From a virus, in the IMG/VR virus record IMGVR_UViG_3300048593_000672, positions 10,688 to 74,687 of that record: a stretch of DNA of 64,000 nucleotides; one strand, 5' to 3'. The first letter of the stretch is position 1. Each line of letters begins with the position of its first letter. The notes below the pieces were generated by a model. That model saw only the letters and a program-made list of their open reading frames with translations, was not told where the DNA came from and ran no database searches. Shown piece by piece: positions 1 through 9,100 of this stretch. Both the position numbers and the translations under genes were made by a program.

Positions 1-2
1 AG

Positions 3-530
3 CCTATTTTATTCTCTACCCTAATAGTTCAAGCCATTTTAGAGGGGCGTAAAACTCAAACTCGGAGGGTGATTAAATGCGACTTTTATGTTGAGAATGA
101 CCCACCTTTAACAGCATATATTCCATGCTACATTACTGGGGAGCCACAACCAGTTAAACTACCTTGCCCCTATGGACAAATCGGTGACAGGCTATGGGTG
201 CGGGAGACGTTTGCTTATCATCACACTGGACAGCTTTTTTACAAGACAGATATTCCAGTCCTTTGTCATAAAAACTGGAAATGGAAACCATCTATCTTTA
301 TGCCCCGCACAGCATCACGAATCACCTTAAAAATAACCGATATTCGTATTGAGCGATTACAGGATATTAGTGAAGAAGATTGTCTATCTGAGGGCATCAA
401 TTATCAAGGTAATGCGTATGATACTATCGGCGCATTTAGCGACTTATGGGATTCTATTAACGCTAAAAAACACCCTTGGCAATCTAATCCTTGGGTTTGG
501 GTAATTGAGTTTAAGAGGATTGAAAAATGA
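3..530 (+). CDS. ASCH/PUA-like phage protein, 5' partial
   Basis: Frame open from position 3 (PILFSTLIVQAILEGRKTQTRRVI), CPYGxxGDRLWVRET, WKPSIFMPR, NPWVWVIEF. Confidence 0.8.
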   Translation, partial: PILFSTLIVQAILEGRKTQTRRVIKCDFYVENDPPLTAYIPCYITGEPQPVKLPCPYGQIGDRLWVRETFAYHHTGQLFYKTDIPVLCHKNWKWKPSIFMPRTASRITLKITDIRIERLQDISEEDCLSEGINYQGNAYDTIGAFSDLWDSINAKKHPWQSNPWVWVIEFKRIEK

Positions 531-2494
531 CCGCTTTTTTATCAACACCCACACCACTAAGTTTAGTTAAGCCCAAACTAACTCCACCTGTCCTGCGGGA
601 AGACCAGTTAAATGTTAAGCGCCAAGGCTATCAGTTAATCCGTGAAGGCCACAAGCGCATTCAGTTCGTTTGCCCTTGTGGTTGGGGAAAAACTGTTTTG
701 GCTGTTAGTTTGATTCACGACATCGCTTTTAAGGCCCAGGAACAGAAGGGTGGTAAAGAACGTAAAGTTTTGTTTTTAGTTCATGCCACCTGTTTAGTTG
801 ATCAGACTATTCAACAGCTTGCTACTGCTGGTATTTGGGCGGGAATAATTGCGGGGGGCTATAAAGAAAACCGCCACAAAAACGTTCAGGTTGCGATGGT
901 TCAAACCCTTGTCAAGCGTGACATTAGCTGGTTTGTTCCTGATGTAATTATTGCTGACGAAGCCCATGAATCGCTTTGGTATAAGTGGTCATTAGAGCGT
1001 TTTCCTAAACTCAAAGACGGCCAAACCATTTTTACGGCTGGTGCTTTAGATAATGAGTTGAGAGCTATCGGTTTTAACATTGACGCGACTATTTTGAATG
1101 GCGATCGCTATCCCACTTTTGAAGAAGTAAAGCACCAGCACAAAGAATTTTTGAAGTCTAATCACCCCGATCGTGGGGGGAGCAAAGAAATTACCCAACA
1201 GGCTAATGCAGCTTGGGATGTTCTTAAAGACCATCGTGACTTGTTTGATAGTGGCGATCGCCCAACTAACGCTCCTATCCTGATCGGACTAACTGCAACC
1301 CCCTGGCGATTATCCAAACGTCAATCAATGGGTGACATCTTCCCAGTCCAAGTGTTAGGCCCCACGCCTGGAGAGATGGTTGCGCTAGGTCAAGCGACTA
1401 ATTTTCAACAGGGTTTAGTCCCGTTCGTTTACTGGGGTATTGGTGGGGCTGAAACTAAATCATTACGAGTCCCGAGGGGGGGATCGGATTTCACTGAAGC
1501 CCAATTAGATGAAAGTTTTGCCATTCCCGAAGTTGTCCAGTGTGCGGTGGATAATTACATGGATAAGTCAAAGGGTCGTCGGTTCGTCTGCTTCCCTGTC
1601 TCCATCCACCACGCCCAGATGTTAGTCCATGCCTTTACTCGTGCTGGTATTCCTTGCGCTCTTATCAAGGGCGATACTCCCAACGGTAGTAAAGACAAGA
1701 TTACGGACAAAGAGACCCGTAATTCTATCTACGCAAAAGTTCGTAAAAAAGAGTTGATGGGGATAATTTCGGTAGGCTGCATAAATTTAGGATTTGACCT
1801 ACCTGAGATTAGCTGTGTGATTGATTGCTGTCCAACTTTAAGCCGTTCCAAATATGTTCAGGGGGCTGGTCGGGGCCAACGGATCGCGCCCTGGGATGGA
1901 AAAGTTGACTGTCACTACCTCGACCAGGCGGGGAATGTGATGCGACATGGGCAGATCGAATCTATCCAGTATGGGGAATTAACACCAGCAGGGGAAATTA
2001 TTCCTGAAGAAGCCCCCATGAAAGAATGCCCTGAGTGCCATCGGCTTTTAGTCACCTTCCACATGAAATGTATTCATTGTGGCTATGAGTTTCCCGCCCC
2101 CGAAAAAGAGCTTGCTGTCGGTGATATGCAGTTAATCGTTAGGGAAGATGAAGAGGGTCTTTACTATGCCTTTAAGGACTTACTACGTCAAGCTTATCAG
2201 TTTAATAATGCTCCATATTGGGCTGAAATGCAAATCAATGAACATGAACTTTACAAAACCCATAAATCAGTTAAGAACAAACAAATTCAGCTTGACAAAA
2301 AAGGCAAGCATTTGTTATGGCATCCCGTTAAAGCTTGGTATCACCACGCAATTTTTGAAAAGCCCACAAAAGAGGACGAACAAGCCTATATGCAATACTT
2401 GCAGAATGTAGCATCAAAATACGCTGAACCCAAGCCCGATTGGTGGTTCCGCAATTACATGAAAAAGGAATTTGGGGAGGGTTGGAATGGATAA
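527..2494 (+). CDS. SF2 DEAH helicase with inserted J-domain and C-terminal Zn ribbon
   Basis: Walker A PCGWGKT, DEAH, LTATP, GFDLP, QGAGRGQR, CPEC..CIHC; HPDRGG insert. Confidence 0.92.
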   Translation: MTAFLSTPTPLSLVKPKLTPPVLREDQLNVKRQGYQLIREGHKRIQFVCPCGWGKTVLAVSLIHDIAFKAQEQKGGKERKVLFLVHATCLVDQTIQQLATAGIWAGIIAGGYKENRHKNVQVAMVQTLVKRDISWFVPDVIIADEAHESLWYKWSLERFPKLKDGQTIFTAGALDNELRAIGFNIDATILNGDRYPTFEEVKHQHKEFLKSNHPDRGGSKEITQQANAAWDVLKDHRDLFDSGDRPTNAPILIGLTATPWRLSKRQSMGDIFPVQVLGPTPGEMVALGQATNFQQGLVPFVYWGIGGAETKSLRVPRGGSDFTEAQLDESFAIPEVVQCAVDNYMDKSKGRRFVCFPVSIHHAQMLVHAFTRAGIPCALIKGDTPNGSKDKITDKETRNSIYAKVRKKELMGIISVGCINLGFDLPEISCVIDCCPTLSRSKYVQGAGRGQRIAPWDGKVDCHYLDQAGNVMRHGQIESIQYGELTPAGEIIPEEAPMKECPECHRLLVTFHMKCIHCGYEFPAPEKELAVGDMQLIVREDEEGLYYAFKDLLRQAYQFNNAPYWAEMQINEHELYKTHKSVKNKQIQLDKKGKHLLWHPVKAWYHHAIFEKPTKEDEQAYMQYLQNVASKYAEPKPDWWFRNYMKKEFGEGWNG

Positions 2495-2651
2495 AAAAGA
2501 TAACTATCCCAACAAACATAATCATACAAAAGAACCAATGCCAAGACACGCTTATTTAGCTTGGCACGACTGGGCTAAAGAGATGTCTAAAACCCACCGA
2601 CAAATTCAATGTCCAGACTGTAAGCTTTATTGTATTTGGGTAAAACTTTAA
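2487..2651 (+). CDS. Small CxxC protein (54 aa, not in ORF track)
   Basis: ATG overlapping the helicase end; MDKKD...QCPDCKLYCIWVKL. Confidence 0.5.
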   Translation: MDKKDNYPNKHNHTKEPMPRHAYLAWHDWAKEMSKTHRQIQCPDCKLYCIWVKL

Positions 2652-2663
2652 CAGGACAAAATC

Positions 2664-2846
2664 ATGCAATCAATCAACTTTGATCTCGGTGAACTATTAG
2701 TAATACAATTATTGATAGAAAGTATGCTTGAAAGTCAGCCAAACCCTCTTGTCTCAGTCGAAGACTTGATGTTGTCTATCGCATTACGATCTGCTCAAAC
2801 AAAAGTAAACGAAGCCATTAAAAAAGAAAATGAAGCCAATGCTTAA
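2664..2846 (+). CDS. Hypothetical protein
   Basis: AGGA RBS, operon spacing. Confidence 0.55.
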   Translation: MQSINFDLGELLVIQLLIESMLESQPNPLVSVEDLMLSIALRSAQTKVNEAIKKENEANA

Positions 2847-3034
2847 ACAACTAATCAACAAACTACTTTCCCTCGCTGGTATTAGTTTATGCAAATAATT
2901 AAATTTATCTTTTTTGTCTTTTGTGCCTACAGTTTAATCTTGTTTGGTTTAGGCTTTTACTATGGAGCAAGAGTCTATAAAATACAAAAACAAAAAGCTT
3001 GGCTTGAGTCTTTATTTTTACAATCATCAACAAA

Positions 3035-3592
3035 ATGAGAACCAAAAACTTTATCAAGACTGTCAGATCGTTAATGACTGAGACTGACCACCAAAAAGAA
3101 TTTGACAACTACGTTAAATGGGAGTCAAAAAAGACAGAGCAAGGCAACCGTAACATTGATCTGTTAGCTCAAGCTGTTAATCAAGCCGTAAGCAAAGTCA
3201 ATAAAACAATAGATGATTTTAGCCGCTCTATTATTGATTGCTCAGATCGGGTTAATGAGTTTAAGAGCCTCCTGCCTATTGAGGGAGAATACAAATTAAT
3301 AAGACTTATCTCTCCTAGTCGTCTTTTTATGGGGTTTGCTGATCCGACTTTTACGGTTCCCATCCCAGAATCGTGCCAAGTTTCCCCAATGAATGTGACT
3401 TGTAATTATGGGGGTTATAACAGCAATGGCGTATGGGGAATAGATTGGTATCGAACTGTGATGGGTGGCTTTGATGTTGATTTATCTGAAGCCAACGACA
3501 AAATGCACAATTGTCCCTATTTTGTCAACAGTTCCCAACTAAAATGTACAGCAAACCCCACTAATACTAATTGTTTGGAGTGTAATGAGTAA
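3035..3592 (+). CDS. Hypothetical protein with Cys-rich C-terminus (DUF6464-like)
   Basis: CPYFVNSSQLKCTANPTNTNCLEC. Confidence 0.6.
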   Translation: MRTKNFIKTVRSLMTETDHQKEFDNYVKWESKKTEQGNRNIDLLAQAVNQAVSKVNKTIDDFSRSIIDCSDRVNEFKSLLPIEGEYKLIRLISPSRLFMGFADPTFTVPIPESCQVSPMNVTCNYGGYNSNGVWGIDWYRTVMGGFDVDLSEANDKMHNCPYFVNSSQLKCTANPTNTNCLECNE

Positions 3593-4374
3593 TGCTATTC
3601 ACAACCCACGACCGCAACCTTATCATTGACAGCGAAACTTATTTAGCAGCCTACAGTTTTGAGCCAACTGCCATCGAAACAACCGCCACACTCGACCCCA
3701 ACAATGCAGAATTAAAGTCAATCTATAGCGATCAAATCACACCAGCTTTTGTTTTGGGTGGTGGCTTGCGCGACGCTAAAATCATTCACTTACAGGGTGT
3801 AGATTGGCGATCACTTCCCCCCACCGTTGAAGCCCATCCCTTTAAAGAAGTTGGGCAAGTCGGGAAAGTTACTGGCAAGGGTCGGACTGCTTTTACCGTA
3901 GAAAATCGCACTCGCATTAGTGCTGCTCTCGCTGGTGCTTCTGTCTTAAAGACCAGTCCACTTTGCTTACATAATTTCTGCGATGTGCCAAGAGTCGTCA
4001 TTGGGGGGGGCTGTGGATTAAGTATTGGCTACTATACTCATCAAGCTACCGTTGATACTGTCAACAGCCAGTCCAGCTTTCTCTTGTCTAGTACCAGTGA
4101 TTTTACCTATGGCTATATCGAATTTACGTCTGGAGAAAATGCCGGGTGTCGATTTGCTATTAGCACTGGCTACAACGGCGCAATTGAGCTTGCTGAAATA
4201 CCAGAGGGAGAAGTTAAAGTAGGGGATGAGGTAACAGCCGTTGGGGGCTGTGCCAAAACTCCAACGGCTTGTCAAGCCTATGGCAACTTCATAAACTTTA
4301 TGGGCATTCCCACCGGAGGGAGTTGGATACCTGGGATGGACGCAGTTCAAAATGCACCAATTGAGAGGGCTTAA
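3592..4374 (+). CDS. Tail hub protein, DUF2163/Phage_BR0599 (RcGTA g13-like), lacking first strand
   Basis: FTTHDRNL, SPLC..GC, FTSGENAG, GCAKTPTAC..GNFINFMGIP. Confidence 0.85.
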   Translation: MLFTTHDRNLIIDSETYLAAYSFEPTAIETTATLDPNNAELKSIYSDQITPAFVLGGGLRDAKIIHLQGVDWRSLPPTVEAHPFKEVGQVGKVTGKGRTAFTVENRTRISAALAGASVLKTSPLCLHNFCDVPRVVIGGGCGLSIGYYTHQATVDTVNSQSSFLLSSTSDFTYGYIEFTSGENAGCRFAISTGYNGAIELAEIPEGEVKVGDEVTAVGGCAKTPTACQAYGNFINFMGIPTGGSWIPGMDAVQNAPIERA

Positions 4375-4377
4375 GCA

Positions 4378-4686
4378 ATGACTGATAAACTACAAGCACC
4401 AGCAAAGGGTGATTATGTTTTAGCCACACTATATCCTGATGGCAATGCTGCCGATCCTTGGTTTATTGGCTATTACGATTGTCTGAGTAATGATAATCCT
4501 CCCCGTCATTTTATTTTAGATAATGAGGGAAAAAGAGACTATCACTCCTATCGAAAAGTGTCAGTAATCACACAAGATATTGGTGATTGGCTAATAAAAG
4601 AAAAAGACAAGCTTGAAACATTGAATAAAGACTTGTGGCCCATTGTAAATAGACTATTGAGAGGGCTTAATGTACCTTCAAGTTGA
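4378..4686 (+). CDS. Hypothetical phage protein
   Basis: Coupled ORF in plus-strand operon. Confidence 0.65.
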   Translation: MTDKLQAPAKGDYVLATLYPDGNAADPWFIGYYDCLSNDNPPRHFILDNEGKRDYHSYRKVSVITQDIGDWLIKEKDKLETLNKDLWPIVNRLLRGLNVPSS

Positions 4687-4876
4687 TCTTTTCGGAGAAC
4701 ACCAGCCAGTGGATAAACATGGCAATCCGTTGAAAATTGGGGATAAAATCAAAATCTCTAAAGATGATACTCTAGGTGCCACTGTTATTGGTTGTGAAGT
4801 CAATCTAGTTGTCTTTGACGGCTATCGTACAATGTCATTTGACTCTAGTTTATTGGAGAAAATTAACAATGACTAA
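4670..4876 (+). CDS. Small KOW/SH3-like protein
   Basis: DKHGNPLKIGDKI pattern. Confidence 0.55.
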   Translation: MYLQVDLFGEHQPVDKHGNPLKIGDKIKISKDDTLGATVIGCEVNLVVFDGYRTMSFDSSLLEKINND

Positions 4877-5303
4877 GGAACAATTTGCAGCAATGCTTGA
4901 TGATCGTCAATATGGCGATGAAATCACTACTGGAGAGTGTAAACTAGCTAATGAACATGGTTTGTTGGTTGTCTTTGGGGATAGTGATGATGGAGTAAAA
5001 ATGCGTGGTTTTTATCATTACTTCTTCAATGCAATTAAAGGTGGATCGTGGCAGTTCTTTCTGACTGACAATAATGAACTTGTTTTCGCTGCACAAGATA
5101 GCTTGTTTTCTTCTGCCATAGACAGGAGCAAGCCATTAATCATAGAAGCCAATTGGTGTCCAGATAATCTTGATACTTCATGGCTAATTAAAGCCAATGT
5201 GGATTGTGCAACTTTTGACATCTTTGAAGATGATGAACTATTTTGTCGGGGTGTCGTTCTCGATAAGAAAGATATTGTTAAAGCATTATTAGGAGAGAAT
5301 TAA
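4869..5303 (+). CDS. Conserved phage hypothetical protein
   Basis: GGAG RBS before ATG 4869; GLLVVFGDSDD, ATFDIFEDDELFCRG. Confidence 0.7.
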   Translation: MTKEQFAAMLDDRQYGDEITTGECKLANEHGLLVVFGDSDDGVKMRGFYHYFFNAIKGGSWQFFLTDNNELVFAAQDSLFSSAIDRSKPLIIEANWCPDNLDTSWLIKANVDCATFDIFEDDELFCRGVVLDKKDIVKALLGEN

Positions 5304-5470
5304 CCATGATTGACTTTACACCCCTTGAATTACAAGTTATTCACACAGTCTTACGATTAACCAATGAGAAAAGTCCTGAGCCACTTCCAGAGTCTAGTCG
5401 GGAATGGGCAGATGCTATGAGGTCGGCTATTAAAAAGATTGAAGACTTTGCCAAGTCGGGAGATTAATCA

Positions 5471-5761
5471 ATGACAACTAATACCAGTAAAGGAATGATT
5501 GAAGTTGATTGGGGAGTATCAATAGAAATAAACTCCTTAACGGTTCAGCAGCCAAGTGGATTACAGGGAGGGATTTTTGTCGAAGCTCTTTATTGCCATA
5601 ATGGGCAAAAAAAATGGCGAATTAAATCCGAAGCTTATTTTTATGGAAAAGATAAAACATGGATTGATTTTTACGACAAAGAACAATTTACTGACACTTA
5701 CTGTTGGGACGATATGGTAGAAGCATTTTTATTTGCTCAAAAACATTTAATTGAAAATTAG
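5471..5761 (+). CDS. Hypothetical protein
   Basis: GGGAG RBS, ORF. Confidence 0.6.
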   Translation: MTTNTSKGMIEVDWGVSIEINSLTVQQPSGLQGGIFVEALYCHNGQKKWRIKSEAYFYGKDKTWIDFYDKEQFTDTYCWDDMVEAFLFAQKHLIEN

Positions 5762-5929
5762 GGGGTTAACAATGCCAGACAATAACTCAACAAAGTATAG
5801 TATCAGCCAAGCTTTTAGATTGGCTGGGCGAAAAGCTGCAATTGCACTTCAGGAAGAACGTCATGAATTTGATAAGCCTAAAAAGCAAAAACCTAAAAAA
5901 CAAAAACCTGAATGGATGAGGTTGGATCA

Positions 5930-6199
5930 ATGAGCAATAAAGTTTTAAAGCCTGCAAAAGATTTAGTTGTTGGCGAAAAATTCAACTTTAATAATGGGGA
6001 AAAACCTTCATATGTGTGGGTAGTTGACAGCATAAAAAAAGACCCTCGATTCCCCAACGAAATAGAACCAATGGATGTGTGGGAAATCACTTATCACATG
6101 GAGCATCCTGATATTCAATCCCCCCGTCAGCATTTTGTCCACGCTGATAAAAGTGATCTTGTTTTAGCGATAGTTAACGCACCCCCGCCCGTAATTTAG
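5930..6199 (+). CDS. Hypothetical protein, convergent with tape measure
   Basis: ATG coupled to the upstream stop. Confidence 0.55.
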   Translation: MSNKVLKPAKDLVVGEKFNFNNGEKPSYVWVVDSIKKDPRFPNEIEPMDVWEITYHMEHPDIQSPRQHFVHADKSDLVLAIVNAPPPVI

Positions 6200-9100
6200 C
6201 CAACTGGCGATCGCGTTCAATCTGACTCATTGACTTGCCAAGATCATTCGTGTTAGCCACTTCAATCTTAATGGTTTGATTGAAGTTGTTAACAGTTCCC
6301 TCGCTGGTATTAGTCTGAGTAGTGTTGGGGATGTAGGAAACAGGGCCGCCCTTGGCAAAATTCTTAACATCCTTGGCCATACGTTCTGACCAGTCTTTAT
6401 AGTTGCGGTAGTCGCTGGCTTCGTTTGCAGAAATCACATACTCGTCAGCATTAAGGACGGCCAGGATGGGCCGCTTACCACCCGACTGCGACCTCTCCCG
6501 ATTCATTGCTTGACTAATGCCTTCTACCAGTCCCCCACCCGCATAATTATCAATCTTGAGGGGGTCAACGGGGCCGCCGTCGGCAAAGTTGAACGCATGA
6601 CTAATCATTCCTGTAAAGCCGCCCGATAAGCTGTCAGCTATTGATTGACCCGCACTGGCATTACCAGCGTTAAACAGATTGCCAAAAATATCACTGCCAG
6701 CATTGATAAAGCTACCGCCGCCGCTAACTGTTAAAGCACCAGCAAAAGCAGATAGGGCTGTAGTCGCTTCTGTCAGTCCCAAAATAAAACCGGCCATGGC
6801 GGGGTCAGTGGAAGTAATACCAGCGAGGAAAATGTTATCCATTGCTTGGCTGGTATTAGTCGTTGATTCCGTCAGGCTAGTAAATGCACTACTCAAATCA
6901 ATTGTGTCGGGTAAAGCTTGACCTGTTGTTAATGTATTGCTTAAGTCAAAAGGCACAATGTTGTTGGCCGCTATGCTTGCCCCCCGCTCACCTAGTCGCG
7001 TAATTACATGGGGATAAAATTCTTTGTTATCCAGACCGAGCATTGGCCCAACCCATTCAGCGATCGCATTTTGGAAGGGTTTGATAGCTAACTGCTCTAA
7101 CATCATCCCCAAAACAAGATCCTTGACTTTGTTGAGCGACTCCCCTAGTCCCTTAGACTCTAGGATCGCGCTACGCAGCCCCGAACTAAACTCTTTTAGA
7201 CCTGGGATAGCGTCAACAAATGATCGCTTAATATTTAACTCACTAATCTCAGCCTGAAACCGCCGCATTTCACTAGCCTGTTGAGGCGAGTAAGCACCAT
7301 CCCGAATCTGCTTCTCTAAATCAACTCTGGCTTGAGCCGCTTGCATCCGAGCATTAATAATCGCACTGGGGTCAATTAACGTTCCCATTCCCCAATCATT
7401 CTGCGCCCCAACGTCATAACGGGTTTTGTAGAGGTCAGCTTGAATTTTGGCATAACCCTGTTTAGATGCCATAATTTTATCGAGTCGCAACCAGGCTTCA
7501 GTGGCTCGTTTAGTGGGTTCTTCTAACGCAGCCATCGCCTTGGATTGCCTGTCAATTTCTTCCCGACGAGCTTGCATAATGGGAATGCTGTCGGTATAAA
7601 GTTTTAAATTGCTTTGATAAACAGACATAGCTTGCAACTCTTGAGTAGTTGCTTGGCGACCAGCTTTCGTCAGTTCAGCTTGCTTGTCAGCTAAGGCTTG
7701 TGCCGCAACCGCCGCACCAATATAGGCATCATCCATCTGTCTGCCAAGATTCCGCAATTCATCATCAAAATCACGGTTCATCTGGCGGAATTGTACACTA
7801 ACTCCTTCTACAGCCAGGTTAATCTCATCAGCAGCCGTTTTATAGCCCTTGCTGTTAATGGCTAACTCACGATACTTGATATTGTTATCCTCAACTTTTC
7901 GACTCAAGTTAAGAGCCATATCTTGAAGGGATTGTAATTGCTGTTGGAAGGCATTGTTGAACTTGACCACCTCAAGATTGCCTTGCAGATCAAGCACAGC
8001 CCGATTGACCCCAATTGTCGCATTCTTAACATCATTAATCTGACCAGCCGTATTAGTTAAACTACTCGTATCTTGTACAGTGATTGGATTTTGATCTGTA
8101 ATTTGCTGTAAGCCGCTATAGTCATTAATTGCCCTTGGCTGGTATTTTGTAATAAATGGACTTTGTACGTTTGGCAGGACATTTCCCCCATTCATATCAA
8201 CTTGAGGCTCAAGTTGAGAAGGTTGATAGCCTGGGAGTGTTTGATATTTTTTAATGTTGGGGTTGACATTGGCATTGCTACTACCAATCCCCTTGGCCGC
8301 ATCAACTCTTGCCTGACTTTCCTTAAATTGTTTGGCAATTGCCTCAGTGCGTTTTTTCCAATCCTTCGACGACATCCTATCAATAAACTTAATGCCTTTT
8401 GACTCATAAAACTCATCAAGTTTAAAGGCTTCAGGATAAAGTTCTTTTTGATATTTGATAATATCTTCTAATGGCTTGCGGCTAATATTATTTGGATCGT
8501 TCAACTCAGCTTGACGTTTTCTTGCCTTCTCCTGTTCGATCCGTTTGGCCCGCGCAGCAGTAGTGGCATTAGTCTGGAAAATTGCAGATCCCATATCACT
8601 AATACCCTCACTGGCATCAGCGACTAGCCACTCTTTGGGGGCCGCCGATCTCATTTGATTGTATAAGATACCCCTTACTCTAGATAAAGACTTCAAGTAT
8701 TTAGATCCGTAGGCTGGATCTGTAGCATAGCGACCATAGCGACCCTTAAAGTCACGGTTGATAAAATCTTCAGGAGTGCTAAAGAAAAAGTCTTTTTTAA
8801 GTTTAATTGCTGCGTACTCTAAGCCCTGTCCGTAGGTTTTAAAGTGCTTGTTATTGCCAGCATCATCGTTGCCATAGTTCAGTGGGTTTTTAGTAAACTT
8901 CCCTCGTCCCTTGGTTCCAAAATGGCTTTCAATAAATGCTTGAGTTACTAAGGCATCAATGCTAACTCCTGACTTGGTAGCAGCATTTTTAAAATCCTCA
9001 ACTGTCATTTGAGAACCATACTGGTTCAGCAATCTTGCTAAGTTTTTCTCCCATCCCATCGATTGAGTAGTAGCAGCCTGCGCCGGAGCGGTCAAGATGT

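Noticed and set aside
970-1270. Intein as the helicase insert
   Set aside because: No C/S start block or HN-C/S/T end; content is J-domain-like
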